In this document: positions 14,447 through 26,310 of the stretch, one piece after another
Position numbering within the stretch: position 1 is the first letter of the stretch
Layout of the letters: each line of letters opens with the position of its first letter
Assembly: GCF_036588685.1 (NCBI RefSeq)
Contig: NC_086377.1
Coordinates: 39,742,001 to 39,806,000 of the forward strand
Length of the DNA stretch: 64,000 nt
Direction: 5' to 3'
From: Mytilus trossulus
Lineage: Eukaryota
Program-made: the position numbers and the translations under genes
Notes under the pieces: model-generated
Told to the model about the DNA's origin: nothing
The model's input: the letters and a program-made list of their open reading frames with translations, nothing else
Databases searched by the model: none

Positions 14447-15353
14447 GTATGTTTGTCTGTATGCTTGTGTTATAAAGCGGACTGATTGATCACTCACTGA
14501 TAAATGTTCAAAGAAAAAGTAACGGTTCCGGTCGGTTATGAATGTTTTAGCTATAAACAAACTGTAACGTACAATGGCATACATAACACGACCAATCAAT
14601 GATTTTAATTGAAGAAATGACGTTAACAAAAAAATCATTCAATGTAGTTCAAAAAGGAACGAGGGGAAATAATACAGATACATCTTGCTAATAAAACTAA
14701 CTTACCAAAATATTGAAGTTGTTTTCTTCGGGTTTAACATGTTTACATTAAGAAAAGGTTGATTCTAAATGGTTGTCACGTCTTTTCATTTTTTTCAAAC
14801 AAGAATCCCTTTTAGCAAAGTTATACTGCCGGCCTAGATAAGATATTATTTTGTTCCCATATCTCACTTTGCATATCACTAAAGAAAACAAAAGCAATAT
14901 ACCAGGCTGATGATTAAAAACATTAAAAACAAGTATGTTTACGAAACTCTAAATTAATAAAAGATATTACTATCATCCTCAATCGTTTGAAATCAACTTT
15001 TTTTTCTCATTCTGAAGACAACAGATATGTCAACTCAAAGTTATCAACATATGGCAAGATCACATTACAGTCCGCTTAGTGTTCTTAGTGTGGTCTTGTT
15101 GAATTTATCATGGAAGTCTCTTGACTCGTAACCAATGTATGACATAAAATACCTAACATGTTCTTACACATGAGTCTCATATTCGTTTTAAGTTGTTTTG
15201 ATTCAGGTTTTTTTCCCATTTTTGTCTTATCTCGTTTTTGATAAACTATTTTGAATCATGATATCTATATATGTATTCTATATTTTCAACTCAGTCTTGC
15301 ATACATAATATATGTAAAAAAATCTATAAAAAACGCTTATTACATTATTTAAG

Positions 15354-15524
15354 TTGATGGTAATTGGGATACGTGGAGTCTATGGTCAGTTTGCAATGCA
15401 ACTTGTGATGGTGGTGTAATAGAGCGTACACGGAATTGCAATAATCCATATCCATCTGCTGGTGGATCTACATGTTCAGGGATGGCCGAGGAAACATTAC
15501 TTTGTGCTGAGAGTAATTGTCCTG
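15354..15524 (+). CDS. TSP1 repeat exon 2 (type B)
   Basis: 171 nt, phase 1-1; DGNWDTWSLWSVCNATCDGGVIERTRNCNNPYPSAGGSTCSGMAEETLLCAESNCP. Confidence 0.9.
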
Positions 15525-15820
15525 GTGAGTTATAACCTTCACAAAGGAGTCACTTACCTGTTTCTTTTTTATCAGTAACTAGTGTAAATTAATTAGGCCA
15601 GTTATACATTTATTTAGCAAACTAGTTGATTGTAGTTTTCTCGTCTGAATTGTTTTACATGGTCATTTCGTTGCCTTTTATATCTGACTATGCGGTATGG
15701 GCTTTGCTCATTGTTGAAAGCCGTGCAGTGACCTTTAATTGCTAATGTGGGCTGTCATTTTGGTCTCTTGAGGGAAGTTGTCTCATTAGCAATCATACCA
15801 CTGCTTCTTTTGTTTTTATA

Positions 15821-16132
15821 TTTGTGTTTAAATTTGCTTCCTTCTTTAATACTTTTACATGCATTAGTTTCTTCTAAAAGTTTTTTCCCTGTTTACCCAT
15901 AGAAATAAACCCAATCTTCACTTTCAAAAATATAATCACATTAACTAGTGTCCAACTCAGTAGTTATTGCTTCTTTTTTTATATATTTGTGTTTGAATTT
16001 GCTTCCTTCTTTAATACTTTTACATGAATTAGTTTCTTCTAAAAGTTTTTTTTCCTGTTTACCCACATAAATAAACCCAATTTTCGATTTCAAAAATATA
16101 ATCACGTTAACTAGTGTCCATCTCAGTAGTTG
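15821..16132 (+). repeat. ~165-bp intronic tandem duplication
   Basis: tttgtgttt(a/g)aatttgcttccttctttaatacttttacatg...ctagtgtcca..tcagtagtt occurs at 15821 and 15986. Confidence 0.85.
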
Positions 16133-16202
16133 CAACTGTTAGGATTCTTATCTGTAACATATATTTGAAGAACTGCATTTTGAAAAAAAATATATATTTC
16201 AG

Positions 16203-16373
16203 TCAATGGCGACTGGTCAGAATGGAATGGATGGAGCTTGTGTTCGACCTCATGTGGATCGGGGAACAGGACAAGGACCAGACTTTGTGATAATCCACCC
16301 CCATCTTATGGCGGAAGCTTTTGTAACGGAAATACTTCCGATCTGGATTTTTGCAATCCACATGAATGTCCGG
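16203..16373 (+). CDS. TSP1 repeat exon 3 (type C)
   Basis: 171 nt, phase 1-1; [56 protein letters not shown]. Confidence 0.9.
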
Positions 16374-16639
16374 GTATGTATTGAAAATGACACAATGATT
16401 CGGATGTTCATGGTGTTTATTGTTTTTATAACATATATTGATATTTGTATTACTTAATGTCACTTTTAGGACATATTTTATGTTAAATGATATAACTATC
16501 TAATAACCACATTATTGATATTCATGTCAACACCGAAGTGTTGACTACTGGTCTGATGATACCCTCGGGGACGAAACGTCCACCAGCTGTGGCATCGACC
16601 TAGTGGTGTATATAGTTATTAAAGGTACCAGGATTATTT

Positions 16640-16980
16640 TAAATTGGTACACAAGTTTTGTTGCAAACTTTACTCAAGCAATTTTACGGTCGGCATCATT
16701 AGCTGATTGGCCATTATGACAAAAGTGTGTCATATATCATATCTGATATTCTTCTTCAGTCATAAAAACTTACCATCATTACCGGACTGCACAAAGAAAT
16801 AACACGACGGGTGCCGTATACGGTGCAGGAAATGCTTACCCTTCTGGAGCACCTGCTTTCACTCCCGGTTTTTAGTGGAGTTCGTGTTGTTTCTTATTTA
16901 TTATTTATAACTGTTGATGTATATGTCTTTTGGTTTTACGAGTCTTTGTTTACTCCTTAGTTTTGATTGTTATTGTCTTT
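16640..16980 (+). mobile_element. Penelope-like retroelement 3' fragment
   Basis: caattttacggtcggcatcat... reads FYGRHH*LIGHYDKSVSYIISDIL, followed by gcttacccttctggagcacctg...gttcgtgttg, a motif shared with 46270-46340, 53235-53310 and 60086-60160. Confidence 0.55.
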
Positions 16981-18362
16981 AGGCAGTATAATTGATTGCA
17001 ATATCAACCTTGATTTTATCAGCATGGTTAAAAGCATTATTAAACAACAGGTTAATCAAACACGTGTATCCCTAAGTACGTTATAATAATAAATTCATAT
17101 AAAGATATTACGTGAACATAAAATAAGAATATGATGTCATACTTAAAAACATGATAATAATAAGACCTACCTTTTACTATTAGAAGGTACAAAATGTCAC
17201 CTTGTTTGCTTCTATAATAAGATTATTCATACGGATGCAAACGCAACTCTTTTATCAAGGGACTATAAACCATTTTTATGCAATTCTTTTGTATCAATGG
17301 TTCTGATTGGATGACAGTAAGTGTAAAAGTCTCTATCTCCTTGTTTGTAACTAGGAAAGTCGACATTTTGAATTACAGAATAATATGCTAAAAAACTTAC
17401 ATGTTGCACATAGAAAGCTTCGGCTTATCAATTTGTATGACATTTTAAAGCGGCAAAGAAGCCAGAAAACGCCCGGTGTTTACATTTGACTGAAGCATAC
17501 TTATGGCGGCACTTAGTTTAGGAGCCAAAGAAGATAACATCTTTCTGCGGAATTTTATCTAATAAGAATTTTACACTGAAATAATGATTGAAATTGAATT
17601 ATGTACCTGTTTTGAATTATAATAGATATAACTGTACTTTATTTGAAGCTTTGCGGACGTCCATCTGTAGTTTTACTGTCGCAAACACCAGTTTACCATT
17701 CTCCGCTACGCGTCGCTAGGTTAACTAAATTTGCGACGGTTAAACTACCGATGGACGTCCGCAAAACTTAAAATACAATACAGTTATGTCTTACTCGTTA
17801 CTGTAGATATATAGAAATATCCAAGTACGATTTAAGATATACACATGTATCTATACGATATACAACCTAACTTTTTTCCAATGGAATAGTCAAACTCATC
17901 AATTTGGCAATTCCATGGCAAAACGACAAATAGACAAAAGTAAAATCAACAAAACCAAGGTATGCAGAACACTACAAAAGTAAATTGCGGATTTGACAAA
18001 ACAAACCCTATCAAAAACTGTTCGTAACTTATGTTTCTCGGAAGAGTAGAGTCAGATTTTTCCGCTTCACGTGGCACACATTGTGTTGTTACCCGATGAT
18101 AATTATATTTCGGTATGTGATATTCAAGGAAAAAAAGGATAAGATTTTTGGTATGATTATTGAAACATATTCGTCGTCATCTATGAAACAGATCTGCAAT
18201 TAATATCAATAACGTTTGCATGGTGTGATGGCGCGTGTTTTTTTATGTCAACAATATAAAAAAGTAAATTTACTATCTTTCTTTAAATATATTTTTTCAA
18301 AGCATGATTGGTCTATAAATACTGTAAGAAATATTCAAATATCACATTTTTTGTTATTTTAG

Positions 18363-18533
18363 TCGATGGCAGCTGGAGTGGATGGTCTGCCTGGAATACC
18401 TGTAGTGAAACATGTAATGGTGGAATTCAGGATAGAACTCGGAAATTTGATGCCCCTCAACCAATCAATGGAGGACTTTACTGCAATGGACCAATGATAG
18501 AAAGTCGTCCATGTAACAACATGAATTGTGAAA
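18363..18533 (+). CDS. TSP1 repeat exon 4 (type D; third Cys replaced by Phe)
   Basis: 171 nt, phase 1-1; DGSWSGWSAWNTCSETCNGGIQDRTRKFDAPQPINGGLYCNG...CNNMNCE. Confidence 0.9.
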
Positions 18534-18729
18534 GTATGTTATTGATTCCAATTCAATATTAGTACAGATTTTTCTGAGTTTGGATTTCAAAGTCCAGGTG
18601 ATGTATGCACTGTATTTACTACATGTGATGCTTACTCTGAAGTCAAAACCGGTCTTGCTCCTTCTTAGTACATGATATTCAATCACTTTTTCATATATAC
18701 ATTGTTTCAATTTAGTTATATACTATGTA

Positions 18730-19165
18730 AAATTGAGAATGGAAATGGGGAATGTATCAAAGCGACAACAACCCGAACTTACAGCAGCCAACAGCCGAAG
18801 GCCACCAGTTGGTCTTCAATGTAGCGAGAAACTCCCTCATCCGGAGGCGTCCATCAGCTGGCCTCTTAACAATATGTAAACAATATGTATACAACATGTA
18901 TACAATACAATATGTATACAATATGTATACAATATGTATACTAGTTCAGGGATAATGGACATCATACTCAACTCCGAGTTATACACAAGAAACTAAAATC
19001 AAAATATTTATACAAGACTAACATGGGCCAGAGGCTCCTGACTTGGGACAGGCGCAAAATTGAGGCGAGGTTAAACATATGTTTTTGATGATCTCAACCC
19101 TCACTCTATACCTTTAGCCAATGTAGAAAAACAAACGCACAAAAATACGCACAGTAAAACTCATT
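18730..19165 (+). mobile_element. Interspersed repeat family X (aaattgagaatggaaatggggaatg...gctcctgacttgggacaggcgcaaaa)
   Basis: Homologous copies at 20780-21045 plus 21650-21910 (+) and 32545-32820 (-). Confidence 0.8.
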
Positions 19166-19209
19166 GTATACACAAAACGTATAACATTATTCTTATTACA
19201 TCATTTCAG

Positions 19210-19380
19210 TTGATGGGAACTGGGGAACGTGGAGTATATGGTCAGTATGCAATGCAACGTGTGGTGGTGGTGTGAAGAAACGTACACGTAATTGCAATAA
19301 TCCATATCCATCTGCTGCTGGATCTCCATGTTCAGGAATGGTAGAAGAATCATTACTATGCGCCGAGAATAATTGTCCTA
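19210..19380 (+). CDS. TSP1 repeat exon 5 (type B')
   Basis: 171 nt, phase 1-1; DGNWGTWSIWSVCNATCGGGVKKRTRNCNNPYPSAAGSPCSGMVEESLLCAENNCP. Confidence 0.9.
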
Positions 19381-19725
19381 GTGAGTAACTACTTTTCCAA
19401 ATGAGCCATTTATCTATTTCCTTTTTTTAGTCAGTAGTCAGTTTAAATCATTTAGGTCAGTTATGTATTTTTTCAGCAAGCTTTGTGTATGAATTTGACT
19501 CCTTGTCTTTATACTTTTATATGAATGAGTTTCTTCTAAAAGTAATTTTTCATTTTTTTCAACTGTTTACCACTCCCCCTCCAACAAAACTTCGATCTTC
19601 AATTTCAAAAATATATTCATCTTTACTAGTGTCCATCTTAGTAGTTGCAACTGTTAGCATTCCTATACAGAACATCTATTCGAGATACTGCATTTGGAAA
19701 AAAAACCATATATTATATATTTTAG

Positions 19726-19896
19726 TCAATGGCGGCTGGATAGAATGGAATGGATGGAGCTTATGTTTGACCTCGTGTGGATCGGGGAACAGGACAAGGA
19801 CTAGACTTTGTGATAATCCACCCCCATCTTATGGCGGCATCTTTTGTAACGGAAATACTTCCGATTTGGATTTTTGCAATACACATGAATGTCCGG
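19726..19896 (+). CDS. TSP1 repeat exon 6 (type C')
   Basis: 171 nt, phase 1-1; [56 protein letters not shown]. Confidence 0.9.
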
Positions 19897-20126
19897 GTAT
19901 GCATATTGATTGACACTTTCGTGTGTTTTTTTTTATATATTTATTAATTATATTCATGTTTGTATCCATTGCATAAAAATTACTACATTTAATTATTGTT
20001 TGCTACATGTAATATTGTAATAAAAAAAATCATTCGTTACGATCAAACAACTTGTGATGACGCGTATTCTACAATTTCAATTATTAAAAAATACTATCTG
20101 TCTTTATTTTGTTTTTGTTATTCTAG

Positions 20127-20297
20127 TTAATGGTAACTGGGGTAGTTGGTCTTCCTGGAACATCTGTAGTGCAACATGTGACGGTGGAATTCAGGATAGA
20201 ACTCGAAAATGTGATTCCCCTCACCCAATCAATGGAGGGCTTTACTGCAATGGAACGATGATAGGAAGTCGTCCATGTAACAATATTAATTGTGAAA
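20127..20297 (+). CDS. TSP1 repeat exon 7 (type D')
   Basis: 171 nt, phase 1-1; NGNWGSWSSWNICSATCDGGIQDRTRKCDSPHPINGGLYCNGTMIGSRPCNNINCE. Confidence 0.9.
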
Positions 20298-20779
20298 GTA
20301 AGTTAATGTTCCATCTTAGATATAGGCAGTGGATTCCAATTTGATATTAAAAACGAGTTCGTCGACTGTGTCTTTTATACAGAGTGTGGATAACAAAGTG
20401 CGGGTTAAGTATACATTGGTGTTATACATGAGATGCTTACGAGGATGCCAAACGCGGTCTTGCATATCTTTTACAACATGAGATCTAATCACGTGTTGTT
20501 TGTTTCACTGATTTTTTTTTTATAAATTGATTTTTTTTTATAAGAACATCGGTAAACTACAGTCGACCAGATATCATCATAAATATTTTGATGTCTAAAG
20601 TCATGCTGTGGAATGTTTTTTTTTTTTTTTTGGCGGCATCATAAACTTATTTTCATTGACTCATCATTACTGAACGTAATAAACATCTGGTACACAGCAC
20701 TGGTCCAGTTTATAGTATTTTATAAAAACAAAATGACAATTAAAGAACAACTTAGTTGCAAAATACCAAGTTAAATGGA

Positions 20780-21910
20780 GAAAGAAAATTGGGAATGTGT
20801 CAAAGGGACAACAACCCGACCACAGAGCAGACAACAGCCGAAGGCCACCAATGGGTCTTCAATGTAGCGAGAAACTCCCGCACCGGAAGGCTTCCTTCAG
20901 CTGGCCCCTTAAAAAATATGTATACTAGTGCAATGATAATACTAAACTCCAAATTATACACAAGAAACTAAAATTAAAAACCATACAAGGCTAACAAAGG
21001 CCAATGGCTCCTGACTTGGGACAGGCGCAAAATTGCGGCGGGTTTAATATGAAAAAGATGTGGTATGATTGCCAATGAGACAACTGTCCACAAGAGACCA
21101 AAATGACACAGACATTAACAACTATAGGTCACCGTACGGCCTTCAACAATGAGTAAAGCCCATACCGAATAGTCAGCTATACAAGGCCCCGATAAGACAA
21201 TGTAAAACAATTCAAACGAGAAAACTAACGGTCTTATTTATATAAAAAAAAATGAACGAAAAACAAATATGTAACACATAAACAAACGACGACCACTGAA
21301 TTATAGGCTCCTGACTTGGGACAGGCACATACATAAATAATGTGGCGGGGTTAAACATGTTAGCGGGATCCCAACCCTCCTCCTAACCTGGGACAGTGGT
21401 AAAACATTACAACATACGAACGAACTATATAAATCAGTTGAAAAAGGCTTTACTCATCAGATAGACAAAAATACAAATGGACCTGGCCGGGTACTTATAC
21501 ATCCCGACACTAAAAGACACAATGAACAGATCTGAGAGTACTCGCAGTTATCTGACAGCTAGTTCAAAGCCACTAACAACTAATAAAAAAATCATGCATC
21601 TAAGACTAAACTATCAATCCGTACACATCAAACTTCCAATGGATTTAGGTGAGATCTCAACCGTCCCTCTATACCTCTAGCCAATGTAGAAAATTAAACG
21701 CATAAAAATACGCACATTAAAATTCAGTTCAAGAGAAGTTCGAGTCCGATGTCAGAAGATTTGACAAAGGAAAATAAATAAAATGACAATAATACATAAA
21801 TAACAACAGACTACTAGCAGTTAATTGACATGCCAGCTCCAGACCTCAATGGAACTGTATGAAAGATTATGTCTTCATCATATGAATATCAGGCACAATC
21901 CCTCCCGTCA
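20780..21910 (+). mobile_element. Family X copy with nested family Y element (~21046-21649)
   Basis: Absent from the paralogous intron at ~23230; family Y head aagatgtggtatgattgccaatgagac also at 10714 (+), ~15640-15810 (-), 63594 and 63901 (+). Confidence 0.75.
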
Positions 21911-22101
21911 AGTAAACCGTTTTAAATCTGGTAAAAGAAAATAAAGCTATTAGATGGGGAGTTGTATCATTGGGACTCATGTCACATCTTTCTATATAAA
22001 TTGAAAAGCTGTGACTAATTCTTTATTATTATCGTACATATTATTTCATCAATTATGATTTTATCATATTATTTTCCTACAAAACAAATATAACTTTGTA
22101 G

Positions 22102-22272
22102 TTGATGGACAGTGGGGGACATGGCAGGAATGGGAAGCATGAAATACCACCTGTGGAAACGGATTTCAACAACGAATACGGAAATGTGACAGTCCTTCTC
22201 CGTACTTTGGTGGATCGGAATGTATTGGACTTGATTTCGATACCAAGACATGCTATCAAGACGTATGTCCCG
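22102..22272 (+). pseudogene. TSP1 repeat exon 8 (type E) with in-frame TGA at the first Cys
   Basis: 171 nt with intact splice sites; DGQWGTWQEWEA*NTTCGNGFQQRIRKCDSPSPYFGGSECIG...; TGA at 22140-22142 where the paralogous exon 10 has TGC. Confidence 0.85.
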
Positions 22273-22604
22273 GTAAGATCAGTTGTTGATATATCATCAT
22301 GTTCAATGTTGATATACAGTTTTCATTATATTATTTGTCCTTTTGTTCAATGATTATCGATTCAGTTATATCATATATTCCTTTACTCGTTTGACGGGTT
22401 GAATTATCTTATAGTTTACATTGGCTGTATTAAATAAGGCCATTCCTTATCTTTTATGTTTCAAATATTTTTGATTGACTATCTATGATAAATTTCAGTC
22501 AATATGACATAAAACACTATTTTTCTTTAAAAATATCTTTTAAATGAACGATTGTTTTATAATTAACGTAAGAAATTGACAACTATCACGTTTTCTCATT
22601 TAAG

Positions 22605-22775
22605 TCGATGGCAATTGGGGTGGATGGTCTCCCTGGAATATCTGTAGTGCAACATGTGACGGTGGAATTCAGGATAGAACTCGGAAATGTGAATCCCCTC
22701 AGCCAATCAATGGAGGGCTTTACTGCAATGGAACAATGATAGACAGTCGTGCATGTAACAACATTAATTGTGAAA
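22605..22775 (+). CDS. TSP1 repeat exon 9 (type D'')
   Basis: 171 nt, phase 1-1; DGNWGGWSPWNICSATCDGGIQDRTRKCESPQPINGGLYCNGTMIDSRACNNINCE. Confidence 0.9.
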
Positions 22776-23427
22776 GTAAGTTAATGGTCCATCTTATAAA
22801 TATGCTATTGATTCCAATTCGGTTTTAGTACCGATTATGTCCTATTCCCGACTGTGTCTTTCTTATAGAGATTCAAAAGTGCGAGTGATGTATTCTTTGG
22901 GGTATTACATGATATGCTGATGCTGAAGTCAAAACCCGGTCTTGCTCATTTTTATTATTACTTTTTGTTTGTTACATTTAATTTCTATTATAAAATTGTT
23001 TTTTTTTTATTAGAACATCGGGAAACTACAGTCAACAAAATATAATAATACATATTTTGATGTCTAAAAAAGTCATGCTGTGGAATATTTTATAGTTGGC
23101 GGCATCATAAACTGAATATCATTGATTCATTATTACTGAAAGTTGTGCACATCACTGGTCCTGTTTACAATATTTTCTTAAATTAAAAACAAATAATGAC
23201 AATAAAAGAACAACTAAGTTGCAAAATACCAGGTAAACTGTTTTAAATTTGGTAAAAGAAAATATAGCAATTGTGACTTGGATGGAGAGTGTCTCATTGC
23301 CAATGATACCCCATCTTTCTATATCAATTTTAAATCTGTGACTAATGCATTATTATTATCGTGAATATTATTTCATCATATATGATTGTATCATACTTTT
23401 TCCTACAAAACAAATATAACGTTGTAG

Positions 23428-23598
23428 TTGATGGACAGTGGGGGACATGGCAAGCATGGGAAGCATGCAATACCACCTGTGGGAACGGAACTCAACAAAG
23501 AATACGGAAATGTGACAGTCCTTCTCCGTATTTTAATGGATCTGAATGTATGGGACTTGATTTCGATAGTCAGATTTGCTATCAAGACAAATGTCCAG
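23428..23598 (+). CDS. TSP1 repeat exon 10 (type E')
   Basis: 171 nt, phase 1-1; DGQWGTWQAWEACNTTCGNGTQQRIRKCDSPSPYFNGSECMGLDFDSQICYQDKCP. Confidence 0.9.
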
Positions 23599-24128
23599 GT
23601 AAAATCAGTTGTTTATCTAGTACCCTCTTTAATGTGTCTATACAGTTATCATAATACTAATTGTACTTCTTTCACTGACAATAGATTCATGTATATCATA
23701 TTATGCCTTTACTCGCTAAGCAGCCTGAATCATCTTTCAATGTACATTGGATTGTATGAAATACGGCCATTCATATTTTTTTAACATTTTTACTATTTTT
23801 CATTGACAATATATGGCTGAGTAGTGTAAGTAAAACATAAGTTCATGTTATAGATGCATATATTAAGATTTGTCATGTCGCATAACACGCCTGGGATATC
23901 CAGAATGATCAAATAAAAGACCAAATGAGTTCTTTATTTAGGCAACTTGAAACCCCGTGGTACGTGGTATGTTATTCAAAAAGAAAAAACTTAAGATATG
24001 CATTATCTGATTAAAAGACTATAACAAAAATCTCCAAACGTTTTGCATCTTATATTAACTTATTTATATTTCTTTCTGATGCGGTCAAGTTATGTTATTT
24101 ACTACTTTTAAATTTGTATATTTTACAG

Positions 24129-24265
24129 ATGCCCAACTACAGGCAAATGAGGATACACCAAACTTCATCTCACCTGTGATTCTTGGAAGTGCTGCTGTGG
24201 TTTTTATTGTCATTACAACCGCCATAACGTGTATATCTTTTTTGTATTTCGGAGATTCAGACCGG
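24129..24265 (+). CDS. Transmembrane exon of the SRCR-TSP1 protein
   Basis: ttttacag acceptor; DAQLQANEDTPNFISPVILGSAAVVFIVITTAITCISF hydrophobic stretch; donor G|gtaaag; probable 1-nt loss in the T-run 24238-24243. Confidence 0.8.
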
Positions 24266-24394
24266 GTAAAGTTGGTAAATTGACGTTTATATTTGCTCCA
24301 GAAGTAATATATTTTCATTTCATCGAGATGCCAAACAAGAAAAGTCAAAATTTGTAGTAATACAAAGCTTAAGGCGTTTTAAAATACATAATCA

Positions 24395-24830
24395 AATGTG
24401 TACTAATACACAGTCAATGGTGTACTCATACATAGTCACAGGTGAACTCATACACAGTCAAAGGTGTACTAACATATAGTCAAAAGTGTTTTAGTACAGT
24501 CACAGGTGTACTTATTCAAAGTCAAAAGTGTACATACTGTAAACCAACTAAATTTCGCGAGCGATTCATTTTCGCGACTTTCGCGAGTAGAAAAATAAAG
24601 TTAAATTAAATCGTCGCGAAAAGGTTTAACTTTGATTTTTCCCTACCAAACCATTAAGCAAATAAGAATATCGCGAAATTAAATCGCTGCGAAGTTGACT
24701 AACTGGGTATAAACGCGAAATAAAGTATTCGCGAAAATAAGTTGGTTTACAGTAGTCAAAGGTGTCTTGATACATAGTCAAAAGTGTATTTATACATAGT
24801 CAAACGTGTACTAATACATAGTCAAAAGTT
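24395..24830 (+). repeat. ~23-bp minisatellite (acatagtcaaaggtgtact..) interrupted by a MITE
   Basis: Repeated cagtca/tagtca aaggtgtact units on both sides of the MITE. Confidence 0.75.
24537..24752. mobile_element. Tc1/mariner-type MITE, TA target-site duplication
   Basis: TA-ctgtaaaccaact...agttggtttacag-TA; internal ttcgcga repeats; the flanking minisatellite unit tacaTAgtcaaa shows the TA was duplicated. Confidence 0.88.
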
Positions 24831-25472
24831 TTATAATGCATACAATGGATATTCGGAGAGTTATAAGGCATGCCCATCTCCCTTTGATATGTTAACGTTG
24901 TTATTGTATTTTGATTAATAACTTTTTTTATTTAAAATATTGAGCAATAAAACAAGAAGAATTATACTGTTTTTTTAATTACAGTTACTAATACAAAAAG
25001 ATAATGTGTTGATGTGTTATCAAGTGTTTTAATTGGAATAAATTGTAAACAGAACGTTTGTAATGTTAAATATGTATGACTACAAGATGACTAGGTCTAG
25101 TATATTAATGTATGTAATTTTATTTTTTAGAGACAAGAATATGCCAAAAACATTATACTCATTTTACATTCAATTTCCATTTCGTTCTTGACTGTTTTTA
25201 CAGGCTTTATTTTTTATTTATTTGATGATTTATATTGTGTTGGTATTGCTGATACTTTTAACTTTTTACAATCTCTATCCATACACGTAACTAATTCACA
25301 TGTTTGAAATAAATCTAAAAACTTAATCAACTAAATTGTTTTTGTTTTAATGATATCTAAAACTTTGCACAAAGGTAATTAATTCAAACAAAAACTGCAT
25401 GCGTTTTGGTTTTATAAAAGCATCAACATGAGACCACATCAACAAATATATTTTTTTTCATTGATATTATAG

Positions 25473-25929
25473 TAACACTGAAAGCCTTGCTGAATTGAGA
25501 GTAACAACCCAGGAAAATGATTATGATTGCGTCAGACGGGTTAGTCGTGTACAGAGTAACGTTTATGACACCTTCAATAATGAGAGTAATGTTTATGCGA
25601 ATACACAGATCACTGTTGCCACTATTGAAACCGGTGCTCATGTTAACCTTCCATGCAACGCTGACAACGCCGCAACCGGTGCTCATGTTAACCTTCCATG
25701 CAACGCTGATAACGCCGCAACCGGTGCACATGCGAACATTCCATGTAATGCTGACAATATCGCAACCGGTGAACATGCTAACATTACATGTAATGCTGAC
25801 AATATCACAACCGGTGCACATAAGGACATTCCATGTACTGCTGACAATATCGAAACTGGTGCACATGCCAACATTCCATGCACTGGTGACAATGGTGACG
25901 AAGTATACGAAAATCTGGAAATGTTCTGA
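25473..25929 (+). CDS. Cytoplasmic-tail last exon with Tyr motifs and 15-aa repeats
   Basis: attatag acceptor (phase 2); ENDYDCV, NVYDTF, NVYANT, six TGAHxNxPCNADNxA repeats, EVYENLEMF*; linking exon(s) from the TM exon not resolved. Confidence 0.7.
25630..25893 (+). repeat. Coding 45-bp minisatellite, ~6 copies
   Basis: accggtgc(t/a)catg... units start at 25630, 25675, 25720, 25765, 25810, 25855. Confidence 0.9.
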
Positions 25930-26310
25930 AAATGTTTTATTTCACGTTCTCGTTTAAAATGTTAGCTTTATCATATAAACCCTCAGATAGTCATACTTTA
26001 AAATTATCAAAATACTGTTGTTATGAACTTCCAGTATATATGAAATTTTTACTTTAAATCTTGAATCAGAACCGGCGTATTTAACTTCTCTCTCTACGGT
26101 ATGGGTTTTGTTTATTGTTGACTTTGAATTAATTTTTTTGTGCTCATTTTTTCCAATTTGGTTTCGGAACGACTTTTGCAAATTTTCCAAAATTTATTAT
26201 TTCTATAAGGTTGCAAACAAATATCATTTATATATTTAATCCCTTCAACATAAAAAGCTTTTCAGATTATTCTTTTTATTATTACTCAGATAATCAGAAG
26301 AAGTGATTAA

